A DNA stretch of 50,763 bases from the NCBI GenBank assembly GCA_034669905.1, contig JAXMOL010000053.1, positions 1-50,763 of the forward strand. Reading direction: 5' to 3'. Shown in pieces: positions 29,616 to 39,798 of this stretch (positions within the stretch are counted from its first letter, which is position 1; the number at the start of each line of letters is the position of its first letter). The notes under the pieces were generated by a model. That model was not told the origin of the DNA. It made no database searches and worked only from the letters and a program-made list of their open reading frames with translations. Both the position numbers and the translations under genes were made by a program. This DNA is from Candidatus Hydrogenedentota bacterium (lineage in GTDB: Bacteria; Hydrogenedentota; Hydrogenedentia; Hydrogenedentales; JAEUWI01).

Positions 29616-29799
29616 CGCGCGAACGGGTACTCCCGTTCGTGCGAAGGGGCTGTGGGGCGTACTTGGGGCGCTGTCGTTGTGGGAAGTCTTAACGATATCA
29701 TTGGGGAAATAGCGCATTTCCCTCTTGGCGCGGGACCCCATCTGGTGACCAGGTGGTATCTCCCGACTCGCGCACGAACCGGGAATACCGGATCGCGCG
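29616..29799. repeat. Inverted pair of palindromes (REPIN/MITE-like)
   Basis: CGCGCGAACGGGTACTCCCGTTCGTGCG (29616-29643) and a degenerate reverse-complement copy (29771-29799). Confidence 0.6.
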
Positions 29800-29904
29800 G
29801 CACGATTGTTGGGTTTAATTCATTTGTGTGGAAGAAGTTTTTAGTGGCTACCCACTCATTGTCCAAGCTAACCCCCCGGCTCTGCCGGTGCTTGCTGATT
29901 GCCC

Positions 29905-29938
29905 AAAAAAAAAACAGGCTGGACCGAAGTCCAGCCCG
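29905..29938 (-). terminator. Intrinsic terminator of the glutathione peroxidase gene
   Basis: Minus strand GGGCTGGAC-TTCG-GTCCAGCCT followed by G and 10 T. Confidence 0.9.
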
Positions 29939-29965
29939 TAAAATCACGGTAGCGGAGGGCAGCGA

Positions 29966-30601
29966 TTAAAGTACCGCCTGGCCGCTCAGGTTACCAACGT
30001 CCAGGTCGTCCCACTCGTCGCCACCAGAGGAAGCGGCCAGCGCGTCGTCAATGGCCTTGACGACTTTGGGATCTTCGGGGTCCACTTTGGGACCGAAGCG
30101 GGCAACGACTTTGCCGTCTTTGCCCACGAGAAACTTGGTGAAGTTCCATTCGATTTCGCCCGCGAAGTCCTTGTTGGTCTTCTCAGACGTCAGGAAGTCA
30201 TAAAGGGGAGCCTGATCGTCGCCCTTGACGGAAATCTTGGAGAAGAGGTCGAATTCGACGTTCTTTTCCTTGGTGCAGAACGCCTTGATGTCTGCGTCGC
30301 TGCCGGGTTCCTGCTCACCGAAGTTGTTGGCCGGGAAGGCCAGGATGGCAAGACCCTTTTCTTTGTACTTCTTGTCCAGCTCGTTCAACTGGGCGTAGTT
30401 CTTGTCGGTGAGGCCACACTTGGAAGCCACGTTGACGATAAGGCAAACCTTACCGTCGTATTTTTTGGCCAGGTCTACTTCCTTGCCGTCAATGTCTTTC
30501 ACTTTAAAGCCAAGGGGGCTCGTCGGGGCTTCTGCTGCCTGGGCGATGCCGGTCAGTGCCATGGCGACACAAGCGAAGAGCATAATCGATGCACGTTTCA
30601 T
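29966..30601 (-). CDS. Secreted Cys-type glutathione peroxidase family protein
   Basis: NVASKCGLT, AFPANNFGEQEPG, WNFTKFL; signal peptide. Confidence 0.93.
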   Translation of the reverse strand: MKRASIMLFACVAMALTGIAQAAEAPTSPLGFKVKDIDGKEVDLAKKYDGKVCLIVNVASKCGLTDKNYAQLNELDKKYKEKGLAILAFPANNFGEQEPGSDADIKAFCTKEKNVEFDLFSKISVKGDDQAPLYDFLTSEKTNKDFAGEIEWNFTKFLVGKDGKVVARFGPKVDPEDPKVVKAIDDALAASSGGDEWDDLDVGNLSGQAVL

Positions 30602-30905
30602 GATATTCTCCTGTAATACACTGTTTCCTGAAACCCGAATGGGTACACAATACGGAGCTGCCGTGGCCCTACAAAATACACCACCACCGGCGGTTTATTC
30701 AAGCCTATGGCCCATGCCGCGTCGGACAGGGACCTTCAACAGCCCGTTACACATATAACGATTCAGCAGCAGGTTTATTTAAATAAATTTCTTGTTCCAA
30801 TTTTGAGCATATTTGCGACACGGCCTCCCGGGATGCTGGTATACTTAGGCCACCGGAGTCAGAGGGCTGACCTTCGGGGGTTGAATGGAAGGAGATTAGT
30901 GACCC

Positions 30906-32117
30906 ATGCCCGATTTTGAAGTACGCGGCGTGACTGACGATGACGACCGTACCCGTGCCCATGATCTCATGGCCAAGACCTTTGGTCCAAACTACTTTGC
31001 CGTTCGGCAGCAATTGGACAACGTACTCGCCCAGTATCCGGGCTTTCAGCGAGAGCATACCCGTGTGGCCCTTCGCAATGGGGAATTGGCGGGGGCCCTG
31101 CGTATCACGACCGACACGATTCGCATTGGTGAAGCACGCCTGAAGATGGGTGGCTTCGGTTGGGTGGCGGTGGATGATGCCTTTCGGAAGCAGGGGGTGG
31201 CGAGCCTGTTGATAGAAGACGCGCTCAGCTACATGCGCAATCACAGCTACCATGTATCCATGCTTTTCGGGGTGGTCGATTTTTATCACCGCTTTGGTTT
31301 TACCACCATGCTGGCCGACTACGCGATTTCGGTGGATGTGTTTGAAGCGGAACGGGCGGAGCATGCGCCCTACCGCGTCCGCGCGGGAAAGCCGGGAGAT
31401 ATCCGGGCTATCCATAAACTGCACAACCAGGACGATGGGGGGAGTGTCTGTTCCATCGTGCGCTCGACCGCCCATATCACCAATCAATGGGAGCGCTGGA
31501 AGCCCGTCCAGGTCATCACCGATGAAAAAGGCAAAGTGCGGGCCTATTTTCTGCCGCGTATTGACCGAAACGAACTCCTCATCGATGAATTGGGCACGGC
31601 CGGTCCGGATGCCTGTGGCGCGTTACTTCATGCCTGTGCCCAATTGGCCCTGGAACACCACGCGCCCAAGATTCACTTTGCCGCGCCGCCGAGCCACCCC
31701 TTCTCAAAATATCTCCTCCGTTTCGAATCCAAACATGAGATGTGGATCAAACGAAATCGGGATGGCATGATGGCCACCGTTAACCTGGGGGAGACCCTGG
31801 AGTCCATGATTCCCGAATGGGAAAGTCAATTGAGTCAGAGCGTCCTGGTGCAAGAACGCATGGAAGTGACGCTGCTGGTGGAGAAGAAGCCGTTCCGGAT
31901 ACGTGCCAATCGGGGTGCAATCGATGTGGCACCCCAGTCGGGCGAGAACAAGGTATCCCTGAGTGGCGGCGAGTTCGTCCAGCTATTGAGCGGGTTTCGT
32001 TACCTCGACGAAGTCCTCGCCACCCGACGTCGTATACTCACCCAGCACGGGCGTGCCTTCCTGGAAGTGTTGTTCCCCAAACGGACGCCCTTTGTGTGGC
32101 CCCTAGACCATTTCTAG
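30906..32117 (+). CDS. Eis-like GNAT acetyltransferase (tandem GNAT plus SCP2-like C-domain)
   Basis: VAVDDAFRKQGVA, FYHRFGF; 403 aa. Confidence 0.85.
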   Translation: MPDFEVRGVTDDDDRTRAHDLMAKTFGPNYFAVRQQLDNVLAQYPGFQREHTRVALRNGELAGALRITTDTIRIGEARLKMGGFGWVAVDDAFRKQGVASLLIEDALSYMRNHSYHVSMLFGVVDFYHRFGFTTMLADYAISVDVFEAERAEHAPYRVRAGKPGDIRAIHKLHNQDDGGSVCSIVRSTAHITNQWERWKPVQVITDEKGKVRAYFLPRIDRNELLIDELGTAGPDACGALLHACAQLALEHHAPKIHFAAPPSHPFSKYLLRFESKHEMWIKRNRDGMMATVNLGETLESMIPEWESQLSQSVLVQERMEVTLLVEKKPFRIRANRGAIDVAPQSGENKVSLSGGEFVQLLSGFRYLDEVLATRRRILTQHGRAFLEVLFPKRTPFVWPLDHF

Positions 32118-32146
32118 GCGCTAGTCCCTTTCAGGCGTTGCTATCG

Positions 32147-33955
32147 CTACGATGCCTCACCGGTTGGTGTTGCGGCTGAGGGGGCAATAGACATTTCTCC
32201 AGTATTCGCGTCGAACAGCTTTGTTCCGTTGGCGCGCTCGGATGTAACGGTGATATCGCGGACCGCTGCGCCGAGGGCACGGGCATCGCCGTTGCCGGGA
32301 ATCTTTTCCGACGGGCGCCAGGTTTTCAGGCGTAGTGCCAGCCGGGTCAGGTCTGTTTCCGCTGTAAAGGTGCCCATGATTTCCGCATTGCCCGCCGTTT
32401 CCGGCAAGGTTGCCAGCCGGGTGTCGCCCAGATAAAGTCCGTTATCCGGTGCAAGGGCGTGGCCTTCCTGCCGGAGCCGAAGACGTACGGTATACGTCGT
32501 GCCGGGTACGGTGGGCAGCAGAAACAGCGACCCCGTGGTGGACCAGCGTCGCGTGCCTTCGTCGCCCCACTCGGGTGCTTCTTCCCGGCCGTGCCAGCCA
32601 CTGAGGTAGAGCCCATCGCCCGGCGCACCCACGTCGATCCGATAGTGGGTTTTACGTTCGTCGTTCCATTGCACCCGGGACTGCTCATTGCCGATGGCCT
32701 GGGTGCGCTCCGCGGCGTCGCTCTCAAAGCGGAATCCACCACCGCCCTGGTTGCCCATGAGAATGGCCGATTCTACGGCCCCATCCACGCGCACGTGTAC
32801 CCGCCCGTCGTCGAAGGTATTGCCCTGCAACACGGCTTTGCCCGCATCGAGCAAGACCGCCGGCGCGTCGGTACCGTTGATATCCCAGTCGCAGAAATTG
32901 GTGTTGCTCACCGAGAGCTGGGCCTTGTCACTGCGGGACCACAGGCACATCTCCAGGGGGCCCCAGAAGGAACAGGTGTTGAGATTGACCTTGCCCTGGC
33001 CTGCACTTTCGGCAATCTCCAGGCCCACGCTGTCCGTGCTGCCCCAGCGCCCAACGAATTCGCCATTGGTGATAAGGAGCCCCGCCTTTTGGGCATCTTC
33101 TACGTAAACCGCCCGTCGACAGGAGTCTGCACCAATTCCGACAAAACTTCCATTGCAGGCACCCGCGTCCGTTTTCGAAAAGCGGTAGCCGATGCCGTAG
33201 CCGAAACAGAAGGTGTGGGTCACGTATTGCCAGTCGGTACGTCCAAACTCAAAGGCCACACCATTCATATTCACCCATTTGCAGTAGGGATCATCGGCAT
33301 TGTAAACGACACCAAAGGGCCAGAAATGGCAGTTCTCCACCCGGGCGATGTCGTAGCACGCATCGATATAGAGTCCACGATAGCTGGGGTACCCAAAAAC
33401 ATTGCGGATAATCATGCGGGCCGACCCGTAGAAGTGCATCCCCTCATAGGAATTCAACAAGAGACAGTCGAGTACGGCAACGTCTTCGACATGATCGCCC
33501 TTGACGGTTGGGGGGTAGGGAACGGGGGGAATGTCACTCTGTTTCCACTCGGGGTAGCGCACAATAATCCCCGAGAGGACCGAGGCATGGCCGGCCAGGC
33601 GGATAAAGGGTTCGCCCTCTTGGGAACCCCGTCCCGCGTAGGCTTCGAGCACGGTGCCCGCCATTTTGCCTCCGGGTCCACCAAAGGGCAGGGGAGGCGT
33701 CCGAAAAACACCTTGCAAGGTGACTGCCCCGGGGATACGCAGGTTGCCCCGGATACACCAGGCACCCGCAGGCACCTGCACCACGCCACCACCGGCCGCA
33801 CCTGCTGCGTCGAGTGCCCGTTGAAACGCCTCCGTGTCATCCGTGACGCCGTCCCCGAGGGCTCCGGCGTCGCGTACATTCCAGTCGGCCTGAGCGTGGA
33901 GGGCCATAAGGCACGCCAAGGCGACAATACACAGGCGACGGTGACTATAACGCAT
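32147..33955 (-). CDS. Secreted parallel beta-helix protein (pectate lyase 3 / GH28-GH55-like N-terminus)
   Basis: NVRDAGALGDGVTDDTEAFQRALD...GGVVQVPAG; ENCHFWPF. Confidence 0.8.
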   Translation of the reverse strand: MRYSHRRLCIVALACLMALHAQADWNVRDAGALGDGVTDDTEAFQRALDAAGAAGGGVVQVPAGAWCIRGNLRIPGAVTLQGVFRTPPLPFGGPGGKMAGTVLEAYAGRGSQEGEPFIRLAGHASVLSGIIVRYPEWKQSDIPPVPYPPTVKGDHVEDVAVLDCLLLNSYEGMHFYGSARMIIRNVFGYPSYRGLYIDACYDIARVENCHFWPFGVVYNADDPYCKWVNMNGVAFEFGRTDWQYVTHTFCFGYGIGYRFSKTDAGACNGSFVGIGADSCRRAVYVEDAQKAGLLITNGEFVGRWGSTDSVGLEIAESAGQGKVNLNTCSFWGPLEMCLWSRSDKAQLSVSNTNFCDWDINGTDAPAVLLDAGKAVLQGNTFDDGRVHVRVDGAVESAILMGNQGGGGFRFESDAAERTQAIGNEQSRVQWNDERKTHYRIDVGAPGDGLYLSGWHGREEAPEWGDEGTRRWSTTGSLFLLPTVPGTTYTVRLRLRQEGHALAPDNGLYLGDTRLATLPETAGNAEIMGTFTAETDLTRLALRLKTWRPSEKIPGNGDARALGAAVRDITVTSERANGTKLFDANTGEMSIAPSAATPTGEAS

Positions 33956-34177
33956 GGTACTACTCCTATTTGGTTAAACACCCCCATTGTATGTCGAAGA
34001 CACGATGCATTATCCAGCGCGGGAAGGGACTAAGGTGATTCCAATGGGAGTGGGGGTGACGGAGCGCGTACGGAAAACGGAGTCTGGGGGTGAGGCGGTG
34101 CAGGAAGGGAGACCAGCGCTTTGCCGTCGACGCGATGCTCTGGGTGTGTGGAAATGGGCGCGCGGATAGATGGGGCG

Positions 34178-35140
34178 TCAGTAGCCCAGTTTGGTCGACC
34201 GCGCTTTTAACACGCCTTCCACCGTGCCGAGTTCTTCTGCCGTGAGTGAGGTGGCCGCGCCGCGGAGCATCTTCATGAAGTGCACGATGCCCTCCGGCTC
34301 TGCGGGGTAACCAATGTTGCCCTGTGGTCCGCTCGCGGTGGCCAAGACCTTTCCACTTTTGTCCACAATGGCATACCACGGAACGCCGCCCGCAGGATTG
34401 GGTTCCGCGAGGCGCATCCGAAGTGCACTGCCACCGTCGAGATTGGCCTGGTCAATCTCGAGAAAGTGATAGTCCTTGGCGAGGATCGGTGCGATCGCGT
34501 CGTCCTTCAGAAAGGCGTCCAGATGGCGGCACCATCCGCAGCTCGGGGTACTGAACTTGACGAAGAGGCGATGTTGGTCATCGGGCAGTGCGGCAAGGGC
34601 GGCGGCGAACTGAGACTCCGCTGCGCTCTTTGGGGTAGCTTCACCATCGGGGATATGACGCTTCAAAAATGCCATGACTTTGGCGGGGTCATGTTTCGGG
34701 CCCGTTTCGAGGGAACCGGTATCCTGGTCGGTGATTTTTTTTCCGTCGGAATCCAAGACGGTCAGGTAGGGCACGCCCCGGGTAACGACGCCCATTTCCT
34801 TCATCAACGCTTTGTTGGCCGCCGTGTCGGACAACACGCGGACATAGTGGGTGTTGAGGCAGGCGTTGATCTCCGCGTTGTTTTCGAAGATGTCATGGAG
34901 CCGATGGCACCAGCCACACCAGTTGCCGCCCCAGATGACGAGCACCCGCTTGTTCTCCTTTTTGGCCTGGGCTACCGCGTCGGCAATCTCGGCCCGGGTA
35001 TCGGCCTTTTCATCGTAGAGCGCCTGACGCGCGCTGCCGGCGGGGGCCGCTTCGATGGGTTGTAGGGACAGGCCACCGCCAATAATGACGATGGAAATGA
35101 GTCCACATACTAGGATGGATCGTGCCCGGTTGTTTCGCAT
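34178..35140 (-). CDS. Secreted protein with two thioredoxin-like domains
   Basis: WCGWC and SCGWC motifs, each followed by a GVP cis-Pro loop. Confidence 0.85.
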   Translation of the reverse strand: MRNNRARSILVCGLISIVIIGGGLSLQPIEAAPAGSARQALYDEKADTRAEIADAVAQAKKENKRVLVIWGGNWCGWCHRLHDIFENNAEINACLNTHYVRVLSDTAANKALMKEMGVVTRGVPYLTVLDSDGKKITDQDTGSLETGPKHDPAKVMAFLKRHIPDGEATPKSAAESQFAAALAALPDDQHRLFVKFSTPSCGWCRHLDAFLKDDAIAPILAKDYHFLEIDQANLDGGSALRMRLAEPNPAGGVPWYAIVDKSGKVLATASGPQGNIGYPAEPEGIVHFMKMLRGAATSLTAEELGTVEGVLKARSTKLGY

Positions 35141-35523
35141 GCCGCTGCCTCCTGATTGGGGTGAGTTTACTTCTTCTACAACGCTAGCATTTTACCCGTT
35201 AATCGTCAAGCGTGGCGATAGCTTTCAAGGCTGATTATCATCCCAAGTTAAACCACCGGCTCTTCCGATGAGGATTTATCAGGCTTTGCCGTTCCTGTGT
35301 TGGTTGTTGATATTCAGGCACGGTGCGGTGTGTGCCATGTTCTTTTTTTGGTCCCTACGGGACTAACTGCTTTGGCTTTGTACATGGGTTCAATGGTTCG
35401 GCTCCTTTTAGGAGCCTTCCTCAAACAACCTGCGCTGCAGGTGGTCACTGATTCCCGGAGTTTTTCCTGTCCCTGCCCATGCGTTATAGTGGAACAACTT
35501 TCCAAAACCGAAGGAGCTGAACC

Positions 35524-36336
35524 ATGAAGAATCTGTCCAATATCGCAGGGGTGTGTTGCGTATTGATGCTTGGTCTTGTTGCGGTCGCCGAAGAGGCCGT
35601 GTTGCCGCCCGACGCCGAGGGCGCGCCCGCCCTTCTGAAGGACTCGCCCCGACATGGTGAATTCGTATATATCCCGCTTGCCGACACGGATACCAAACTG
35701 AAGACTTTTGTGGTTTACCCGGAGCGGGCTGAGAAGGCCCCGGTCGTATTGGTCATTCACGAGATCTACGGCATGACCGACTGGTCCAATTCCGTGGCGG
35801 ACGCCTTCGCACGGGAGGGCTTCATCGCGGTCGCGCCCGACTTGGTTTCTGGTATGGAAGGTGCGGAGGACAATCCCCGGGAAGCCATCGGAAAACTGAC
35901 CCCCGAGGAAACGGTGAAACGATTGAACGCCGCCCTCGAATACGGCCTCGCCCTGCCTGCAGCTTCTGGCAAGGTCGGGTGTGTGGGCTATTGTTACGGC
36001 GGACGCACGACCTTTTTCTACGCCTCAGAACAGCCCAAGTTGGATGCTGCCGTGGTCTTCTATGGCTCTTCGCCCGATAAGGATGCGCTGGCTAAAATAA
36101 ACGCGCCGATTCAGGGGCACTATGGCGGAAAGGACAATCGGGTGAACAGTACCATCCCCGATGCGGAGGCCACGATGAAGAAATTGCAGAAGCCTTTCGA
36201 GGTGAACATCTACGAAGGTGCGGGCCATGGCTTTCTCCGTCAGCAGGATGGTCAGGACGGCGCCAACCTGAAAGCGGGGCAGCAGGCCTGGCCGAAGACC
36301 ATTGCTTTTCTGAAGGCGAAGCTGGAAGCCAAGTGA
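35524..36336 (+). CDS. Dienelactone hydrolase family protein
   Basis: IHEIYG, GYCYGG, D.RV, GAGHGF; signal peptide. Confidence 0.92.
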   Translation: MKNLSNIAGVCCVLMLGLVAVAEEAVLPPDAEGAPALLKDSPRHGEFVYIPLADTDTKLKTFVVYPERAEKAPVVLVIHEIYGMTDWSNSVADAFAREGFIAVAPDLVSGMEGAEDNPREAIGKLTPEETVKRLNAALEYGLALPAASGKVGCVGYCYGGRTTFFYASEQPKLDAAVVFYGSSPDKDALAKINAPIQGHYGGKDNRVNSTIPDAEATMKKLQKPFEVNIYEGAGHGFLRQQDGQDGANLKAGQQAWPKTIAFLKAKLEAK

Positions 36337-36432
36337 AGGGGGCGATACATGCTCCCCTTCTGAATCAATACACGGAATCAACCTGACGCCAGAACCTGCG
36401 CATCGTGGTATACACAAAAAGGATTCATTTTC

Positions 36433-38148
36433 ATGCCCGATAGTTTTTCCCGCCAATTGTTGTTTGCCGTGCTTCTGGCGGCCTTGATCGCCGTAAGTGG
36501 TCGGTCGGTCTCTGCCGAAGCCTTCGCACCCCAGGTCATCGGGCCACGAATGGGTGGCGCGATTCTGGAGCCCGACGGTTCGTTGAAGCGCTTCACGTCC
36601 GTGGGCGTGGGGGATGGGGTGTTCAAGAACTACGCCCACACCTCTACCGACAATGGGATTACCTGGAGTGAGGGCGAATTCATCTATGAGGGCATTCGTG
36701 CCCAGTTGCCCCTGCGGGATAAGGAAGGGGAATACCACATGTTTCCCATGGTGCTCCGAGACGAATCGAATGGGGGACGCAAGGAAATCGGGCTCAATTA
36801 CTTTATCGATGTCTGGCACACGCGGACGATCAACGGCGGGTCGGAGTGGGAGCCGGGAAGGCGTATTTTCGAAGGTTACGTGGGCTCCATAAATTGCGTA
36901 ATGCAATTGAGTAATGGGCGTATCATCCTGCCCTTTGCGGAATGGATTGGTGGACGGAAGCAAGGCCCGCCAACGGGCGCGAATGTAAGCACCTGCGTGT
37001 ATTCCGATGATGGCGGTGCCACGTGGAAAAAATCGGATGCGGCCCTGACCGCACCGCGCGCGACCGATTATAATGGGAGCGGCTATGGAGCCTGCGAGCC
37101 TGTCGTGATCGAGCTTAAGGATGGCCGGGTCTACATGCTCGCCCGGACGGAAACAGGGCGACTCTATGAATCCTGGTCGCCCGATGGGGTGAACTGGGAA
37201 CCCTTGCGCCCTTCCCGTTTTCTCGGTACGGATGCGCCGGCCAATTTTCTACGCTTGCCCGACGACCGGATTCTCCTCTTCTGGAACGGCTGCGAAAAGC
37301 CGACCCGCCTGAATGGGGACGGCGTCTACGGTGGGCGTGATTTGCTACATGCCGCCATCTCCGATGATGAAGGAAATTCGTGGCGAGGATTCCGCGAAAT
37401 CTATCGTGACCCCACGCGTAACGAGACGCCCCCGCGCAAAGGGGATCGGGGAACGGCCTATCCCATGGCCTATCAGGCGGCCAATAATAAGGTCATCGTC
37501 ATGACAGGGCAGGGGCGTGCAGGGGGTACGGTGCTCTTTGACCCGGACTGGCTGCTGGAGACGGAGGCCTCCTGTGATTTCAGTCACGGCCTGGAAGACT
37601 GGAGTGTTTTTAAACCCTTCGGCCCGGCAGTGGTCTGGTGGCGTGACCGCGTGCAGGGAGCCGAGTTAATTGCCCATCCGGAATTGGAAGACAAGCAGGT
37701 ACTCCACCTGCGCCATCCCGACGATAAGGGTGTCGATGGGGCCGTTTGGAATTTTCCGCTGGGCACGTCGGGTGAACTTACAATGAAGGTCATGTTGCAG
37801 TCGGGATTCGGCGGTGTCACGATTTCACTCCTGGATCGCTTCTTCGATCCCACGGATGTGCGGGCTGCGGTGGAGGCACCCTTCGCCTTTCCCATTGCCG
37901 CCGACGGGCGGGTCGCCCTGCGCCAGCCGGAGCTACCCCTGGATACATGGGTCACCCTCGGGTTCCGATGGGACCTGGCGACTCGCACCTGTGTGGTCTC
38001 GGTCGATGGCGAAGACCGCGTCTGGCTCGATCAGGCCTACCGCGAACCAATGGGGGTGAACTACGTGCACTTCCGTATGGATGGAGACACCATTACGGAA
38101 AAGGGACTGCTCATCGAGTCGGTGTCGGCTTCGGTATCCAACCCGTAG
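36433..38148 (+). CDS. Sialidase-family / BNR Asp-box protein with a C-terminal beta-sandwich
   Basis: STDNGITW, SDDGGATW, SPDGVNW, SDDEGNSW; CEP and AYP motifs. Confidence 0.85.
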   Translation: MPDSFSRQLLFAVLLAALIAVSGRSVSAEAFAPQVIGPRMGGAILEPDGSLKRFTSVGVGDGVFKNYAHTSTDNGITWSEGEFIYEGIRAQLPLRDKEGEYHMFPMVLRDESNGGRKEIGLNYFIDVWHTRTINGGSEWEPGRRIFEGYVGSINCVMQLSNGRIILPFAEWIGGRKQGPPTGANVSTCVYSDDGGATWKKSDAALTAPRATDYNGSGYGACEPVVIELKDGRVYMLARTETGRLYESWSPDGVNWEPLRPSRFLGTDAPANFLRLPDDRILLFWNGCEKPTRLNGDGVYGGRDLLHAAISDDEGNSWRGFREIYRDPTRNETPPRKGDRGTAYPMAYQAANNKVIVMTGQGRAGGTVLFDPDWLLETEASCDFSHGLEDWSVFKPFGPAVVWWRDRVQGAELIAHPELEDKQVLHLRHPDDKGVDGAVWNFPLGTSGELTMKVMLQSGFGGVTISLLDRFFDPTDVRAAVEAPFAFPIAADGRVALRQPELPLDTWVTLGFRWDLATRTCVVSVDGEDRVWLDQAYREPMGVNYVHFRMDGDTITEKGLLIESVSASVSNP

Positions 38149-38472
38149 AGGGCGAAGTTTGTGCGCGCGATACCGTCCCGTGAGTTGGCCCTATGGCGGA
38201 CCGACGGGCTCTCGGCTTGGGTGTCAACGGCACCGGAATATTGTTGAGATTGGCACGTATTCTGGTCTGGCCGCCGTACGGGACGTTCTGCCGCAGGTAA
38301 CCGAAGGAATGAGACGATTGCTTGCCACCATTTCCATCGCCCGAGGTAGCCAGGTAAACGATGACGCGGCTGCATGTCCCGGTGGGTCCTGTGAAAGGGA
38401 CGGTGCATCGATAGTCGATTTGTAAGGAGTATGTTGGTTTGGCGAGGTTACTGCCACCAAATTGGTGGATCC

Positions 38473-38615
38473 TTTGGAGTGCGCAAGCTTGCTTGCGCTC
38501 TTACCGAGTGAGCTTGCTCACGGCGAATGCTGATGGACGGCGGCTCAACATGTGTATCGAAAGGTGGGGAGCAAGCTCCCCGGGTAAAAGCGGCAGCAAG
38601 CTACCGCACTCCAGA
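38473..38615. repeat. REP-like composite inverted element
   Basis: TGGAGTGCGCAAGCTTGCTTGCGCT ... AGCGGCAGCAAGCTACCGCACTCCA, with two inner AGCTTGCT/AGCAAGCT palindromes. Confidence 0.75.
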
Positions 38616-38658
38616 GAGTCTTCATTTGTACATGAATTGGGTCATAAATATCCCAGTA

Positions 38659-39126
38659 TCACTCACTCAACCGAGGGTCCAGCGCAAAGGGCGTCGCATC
38701 GCCGATAGTCACTTTCGCGAAGTCAGGATGCCGCGGATTGAGCAGATAGTTGTGCTCCCCCGGGGTGACGGCGCTGGGGACGCGGAGCGCCATAGAGCGG
38801 GCCTCGGCAATCCAGCGGTCGCCTAGTTCTTGGGCGGGGGTGTCCAGGCTCGGACGGTTCCAGCCGGGAGGGAGGGATTCCATGGCGATTTCTTCAACCC
38901 ATCGCTCGGAAAAAGAAACTGGGATACTCACATAGCGGTCTTCCAGTAGCGCGTAGTCTTCGAGATGGACGAGTAACTCGAGGGTGGCGAGGGAAAGGCT
39001 ACTGGCCACATACACGATTGGGGTGCCCACCGAATTCCAGCGTCCCCCATAGAGGCGTGCGCCTTCGCCGTCGAAGGCGGTTTTGGCATACTTGCCTTGG
39101 GTGATGCGGTAGGCGTGGCACGTCAC
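38659..39126 (-). CDS. RES-domain toxin (MbcT/ParT-like)
   Basis: DGEGARLYGGRWN, YVASSLSLATLE, VPSAV, NYLLNP.HP. Confidence 0.93.
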   Translation of the reverse strand: MTCHAYRITQGKYAKTAFDGEGARLYGGRWNSVGTPIVYVASSLSLATLELLVHLEDYALLEDRYVSIPVSFSERWVEEIAMESLPPGWNRPSLDTPAQELGDRWIAEARSMALRVPSAVTPGEHNYLLNPRHPDFAKVTIGDATPFALDPRLSE

Positions 39127-39668
39127 GAAAAGACTCCGTGCTCAATCCTTCCCAACAGACGCCGGACCTCTTCCGCGCCCAACTCTGTTTTGCAGTTGTC
39201 CAGGGGGGAGGTGCCACCGAGGGCCCGCTTGGGGGTGGCAAACCACTTCCGCGCCTTGTCTAGATCGTCGAAGACTTCCAGCGTTTTCTGAAAGACCGAA
39301 GCAACACGAAAGAGGCGCTCCGACTCGTCGGGCTTGAAGGTGTCGCGGCGGGCGAGGGTTCGCATAGGAATCTGAATGACGCGCCCCAATTCTTCATTGG
39401 CGATTTCGACCACCGCCTTGAACTGCTCGAAGGCGCTGCGGTCGAGCCCTTTCTCCAGAATGGCTTTGACCAGGGCCAGCGAAACGGTGTCCGCGTCGGC
39501 ATAATTACGGGTCAGATTGCTCAGTACGGTGCCATACCACGCGGCCGCACTCTTTGGGGAATGGATGACCCACGTGGACTTGCGCCGGAAGGCAGAGCGA
39601 CGTGCTTTTTCGCTGGGAAAGGATTCCCAGTGTTCCAGGGTAATTTTTTTAGAAGTTGAACCTGCCAT
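39123..39668 (-). CDS. Xre/MbcA/ParS-type antitoxin
   Basis: HTH (RTLARR), ESERLFR, ARKWF...ALGG..PL, LGRIEHGVFS; GTGA overlap with the toxin. Confidence 0.92.
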   Translation of the reverse strand: MAGSTSKKITLEHWESFPSEKARRSAFRRKSTWVIHSPKSAAAWYGTVLSNLTRNYADADTVSLALVKAILEKGLDRSAFEQFKAVVEIANEELGRVIQIPMRTLARRDTFKPDESERLFRVASVFQKTLEVFDDLDKARKWFATPKRALGGTSPLDNCKTELGAEEVRRLLGRIEHGVFS

Positions 39669-39704
39669 ATGGCGTATTGTACCGCGCCATATGGCAGGTG
39701 TCAA
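39660..39704 (-). promoter_or_regulatory. Sigma-70 promoter overlapped by a 15-bp inverted-repeat operator
   Basis: TTGACA-17-TACAAT; ACCTGCCATATGGCG / CGCCATATGGCAGGT. Confidence 0.85.
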
Positions 39705-39798
39705 TGCCTGGTGTGTTCGTGATACGGGGGAGAGGGGGAGGCTGCCATCTGTTGGAAACATTGCGTAAAAAGAAGGAGCATGGTGGCTCGACTGGCGC

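Noticed and set aside
30410..30425. Selenocysteine in glutathione peroxidase
   Set aside because: The active-site codon is TGT (Cys) and there is no in-frame TGA.
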